From a virus (taxonomy: Duplodnaviria; Caudoviricetes): a DNA stretch of 64,000 nucleotides. Shown one piece after another: positions 61,635 to 64,000 of this stretch. The notes beneath the pieces were generated by a model. The model made no database searches and was not told where the DNA came from. It saw only the letters and a list, made by a program, of their open reading frames with translations. A program made the position numbers and the translations under genes. The first letter of the stretch is position 1, and every line of letters starts with the position of its first letter. The DNA is taken from IMG/VR virus record IMGVR_UViG_3300025410_000009. One strand, 5' to 3'.

Positions 61635-61993
61635 TTTGCGGTCCTTTTAATTATTTTTTTCTTGCCAAGCAAATTTTGTGGTGGGGCAGCAGCAATATTT
61701 ACACTACTGGTAATGCCACCGTCGGCATCTTCATGTATTGCACCAGCTGATTTAATTTCATATGCCAACCACTCACGCACAGTACGCAAGTAATCATCAG
61801 CCAAGGTAATTTTTTCGGCAGCCCATGCATCAAGGCCTTTTGCAGCATCTAGCTCTTTTAATAACTTGTGCAGTTGAATGGCATTGTTGGCAGCGTTATA
61901 ACATTCTTCACGTGCCATGTGTATTTGTTCACCAGTTACAGTTTTCTTAGCTACTACAACAGGATCTTCTTTAATGAAATCAGACTTTTTCAT
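61631..61993 (-). CDS. Hypothetical late protein
   Basis: Starts MKKSDFIKE, downstream of a full TATAAATA. Confidence 0.65.
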   Translation of the reverse strand: MKKSDFIKEDPVVVAKKTVTGEQIHMAREECYNAANNAIQLHKLLKELDAAKGLDAWAAEKITLADDYLRTVREWLAYEIKSAGAIHEDADGGITSSVNIAAAPPQNLLGKKKIIKRTAK

Positions 61994-62012
61994 GATATCT
62001 CTCTATGTATAA

Positions 62013-62020
62013 TATTTATA
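62013..62020 (-). promoter_or_regulatory. Full T4 late promoter TATAAATA
   Basis: Exact T4 consensus upstream of the 61993-57334 gene run. Confidence 0.75.
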
Positions 62021-62648
62021 TGTTATTATTTGATAACTTGTGTTGCATGATATGTAGCACAGCATCATTGAATCTACCAAACAAATCAGTCACTATTTTC
62101 TTTTGTGTTTCGGGATTGCTGCTAGCAAATAGTGCACGAATTTCAGTAGCACTCTGCATGGGTTTGCCTAATACAGTGAAGTCTACTGTGGGCACAGTTT
62201 TGATATAGGCATGATGCTCAAAGGTGTTCATGTCATTGGGATTGCGTGGCATGGGTTGGAAGTAGGCTGGCGTGCCATCTTTTTTGGTCCACGAGGCAAA
62301 GCGCGGATCTTCGGCCATGTCTTTTTCGCTGACTGCAAAAATCAATCGTGTTGTAGCAGGATCATATCGGCTGACCAATTCTGGTGCTCGATATGGTTGA
62401 TTGGTTTCGATCACACGATCTAGGTGTACACCAGTCAAGGCCATGAACTGTGCCTTGTCGCTAAAGCTAAAAGGACTCTTGGGTGGATCGATTTTGTTGC
62501 TGGTGGCAACAAACACATGGTCGCGACCGTATGTGCGTACTAGGCCATCATAGACTGCTTTGTGACCCTTGTGCCATGGCTGAAAGCGTCCGGGATAAAC
62601 TACCAGGACGCTTTCTTGTACAGATTCAAATAATTCAGCAATTAACAT
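62016..62648 (-). CDS. HxGH nucleotidyltransferase (NMNAT/cytidylyltransferase-like)
   Basis: VVYPGRFQPWHKGH and C-terminal SATEIR (SxT motif). N-terminus MLIAELFE. Confidence 0.8.
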   Translation of the reverse strand: MLIAELFESVQESVLVVYPGRFQPWHKGHKAVYDGLVRTYGRDHVFVATSNKIDPPKSPFSFSDKAQFMALTGVHLDRVIETNQPYRAPELVSRYDPATTRLIFAVSEKDMAEDPRFASWTKKDGTPAYFQPMPRNPNDMNTFEHHAYIKTVPTVDFTVLGKPMQSATEIRALFASSNPETQKKIVTDLFGRFNDAVLHIMQHKLSNNNI

Positions 62649-62667
62649 TTTATTAAGGTTATTGCTG

Positions 62668-62673
62668 TATTTA
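62668..62673 (-). promoter_or_regulatory. Late promoter core TAAATA
   Basis: 19 nt upstream of the nucleotidyltransferase ATG. Confidence 0.55.
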
Positions 62674-62678
62674 GTGTA

Positions 62679-63557
62679 TTATGTATTTTTGTTTACAGCA
62701 TCTGCTGGTGCTGGTGTGGCTTGTGCGCCACTAAAGTCCGGCATCTTGCTCAAGTCACCTTGGTACTCGTAGTGACCAATGTGGTTCAACAGAGTCTTGC
62801 TGTGTGCCCAAATCTCGCCGCCTAACTCTCTCCAGCGTCGGCAGAACAACCAGTCTTCGCTCAAGTAGTGACCTTTGCTGTCAATTTCGCAATCAAAGAT
62901 GGCATACATGTTGGGTTCGTATTCTTTGCCCAAGCCCACATCGTCCACATACTTGCTTTGTGGATGTGCAGCGATCAAGCGTGTGTAAACATCGCGTCTA
63001 AAAATCAAGAAGCCGGTACCGGCTGTGTCTACAGTAAAGATATCGCCTTGGATCTTGGTCTGTGGCAACAAGTTGATCACATAGTTAGTAGGAATGCTTT
63101 TCTTGGGATACAAGCCAGCAATGACTTCTTTTTCGTAAGCCAGCATTTGGAAAATGCTTTCGGGCTGGAAACGAATGTCAGCATCAATAAACATAAAGTG
63201 AGTGGCCTTTTCATTGGTCATCATCTTGGCCATTAGGTTGTTACGACCACGTGTGATCAAACTTTCGTTGACCATGGTGTCCAGGCTCCAGTGTAGACCC
63301 AGTCTAGCGGCCATTAGCACAAAGCGCAACAGGCTGGTCATGGTGGGTTCAGAAACCATGCCACCATAGCATGGAATGCCAATGTGCAAATGAGTCTTGC
63401 TGAAATCATATGGAGTACCAGCAGGTGCAGCAGCATTACTAGACTGCTGTGTGGACTGTTGTTGCTTCATAAGATCTTGAATGCGTTGAACTACTTCAGT
63501 AGCACTTTTGCCAGGGATGGCGTCGCCGTCGGCGAAGGGAGTTGTTTGATCAGTCAT
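62679..63557 (-). CDS. Glycosyltransferase-like protein (GT-A)
   Basis: HIGIPCYGG, ESLITRGRN, THFMFIDADI (DxD), AGTGFLI and YLSEDWLFCRRW. Confidence 0.75.
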   Translation of the reverse strand: MTDQTTPFADGDAIPGKSATEVVQRIQDLMKQQQSTQQSSNAAAPAGTPYDFSKTHLHIGIPCYGGMVSEPTMTSLLRFVLMAARLGLHWSLDTMVNESLITRGRNNLMAKMMTNEKATHFMFIDADIRFQPESIFQMLAYEKEVIAGLYPKKSIPTNYVINLLPQTKIQGDIFTVDTAGTGFLIFRRDVYTRLIAAHPQSKYVDDVGLGKEYEPNMYAIFDCEIDSKGHYLSEDWLFCRRWRELGGEIWAHSKTLLNHIGHYEYQGDLSKMPDFSGAQATPAPADAVNKNT

Positions 63558-63580
63558 TTATTTTCTCGAGTTAAAAAGGG

Positions 63581-63748
63581 TTACGCTGTTTTGATTTCCA
63601 CGATCACATTAGAACCGGCCAATTCTTGTGCCACTTGTTCTAGTGCAGACAAAATGTCGCTGCTTATTGCGGGTTCAGGATTTGGCTCATTGTCTTTTGC
63701 CAATCTGCTAAATGTTATCACTAACGAATCTTGAATTATTTGAGCCAT
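63581..63748 (-). CDS. Small hypothetical protein (55 aa; not in ORF track)
   Basis: Read manually as MAQIIQDSLVITFSRLAKDNEPNPEPAISSDILSALEQVAQELAGSNVIVEIKTA*. It has an AAGGAG RBS and an upstream TAAATA. Confidence 0.7.
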   Translation of the reverse strand: MAQIIQDSLVITFSRLAKDNEPNPEPAISSDILSALEQVAQELAGSNVIVEIKTA

Positions 63749-63771
63749 GTTTACTCCTTGCTTGAATATAT

Positions 63772-63999
63772 CTATTTATTGCTCTGTATCACGGGATGAA
63801 TATTTAAAATAATACCGGGTTCAATTAAACTCAGTGTAGTCGACAAAGTTGCATCGTTGGTGTAAAACCAAGCGCCCCAAATAAAAGAATTGGTGCTTTT
63901 TAACATGTCACTGACTGCACGGCTAACTTTGACATCTTGACCAAGATTGTCTAGATACTTGCCGATTGTGGCCTTGTTGGCAAACTTGCCGTCACGTAG
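63772..63999 (-). CDS. Hypothetical protein, 3' end only (truncated by the window)
   Basis: Open frame LRDGKFANK...HPVIQSNK ending in TAG at 63772. Confidence 0.55.
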   Translation of the reverse strand, partial: LRDGKFANKATIGKYLDNLGQDVKVSRAVSDMLKSTNSFIWGAWFYTNDATLSTTLSLIEPGIILNIHPVIQSNK

Positions 64000-64000
64000 T

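Noticed and set aside
1-64000. Cellular or giant eukaryotic-virus origin (metK, ahcY, galE, collagen, integrin-like repeats)
   Set aside because: T4-like late promoters, gp43-type PolB with clamp, rnh, baseplate/tail genes, and sigma70 promoters with SD sites indicate a tailed bacteriophage.
1-64000. Stop-codon recoding (alternative genetic code)
   Set aside because: Very long ORFs are intact under code 11. TAA, TGA and TAG all end genes at sensible positions (for example TAG at 53921 and 63772).

Overview
This window is a gene-dense segment of a large T4-like tailed phage genome, probably an environmental jumbo or large myophage. It is not a cellular chromosome. The + strand block (1-20.3 kb) encodes baseplate/tail structural proteins, including a 3933-aa protein with a 7-bladed FG-GAP propeller. 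These are followed by a late-expressed glycosyltransferase cluster. Almost everything else is on the - strand: a second GT/methyltransferase/epimerase block and thyA; early genes with near-perfect sigma70 promoters (AAA+/VWA-peptidase pair, HNH + ParB-like + His-Me cassette); methyltransferases; a T4 rnh-like flap nuclease; a SAM cycle (metK, ahcY); a 7-deazaguanine DNA-modification cluster (folE, queD, queE, Cys-less queF, DpdL-like, TGT/DpdA-like, GT-B glycosyltransferase, galE, MazG-like; no queC seen in this window); sliding clamp, family-B DNA polymerase and DsbA-like protein; and erpA and dps. The most striking region is 53.9-62.7 kb. It is a run of late genes whose products begin with peptides resembling the T4 capsid-targeting sequence. 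They are built from modules (ART-like, GNAT, ParB-like, Zn-deaminase, NMNAT-like, small basic domains) joined by x-x-E linkers. One linker, GVAEG, is a near-identical in-frame DNA repeat present six times. I infer a cassette-shuffled, prohead-protease-processed polyprotein system for packaging effectors. All family assignments are from motif recognition by eye; no database search was run.
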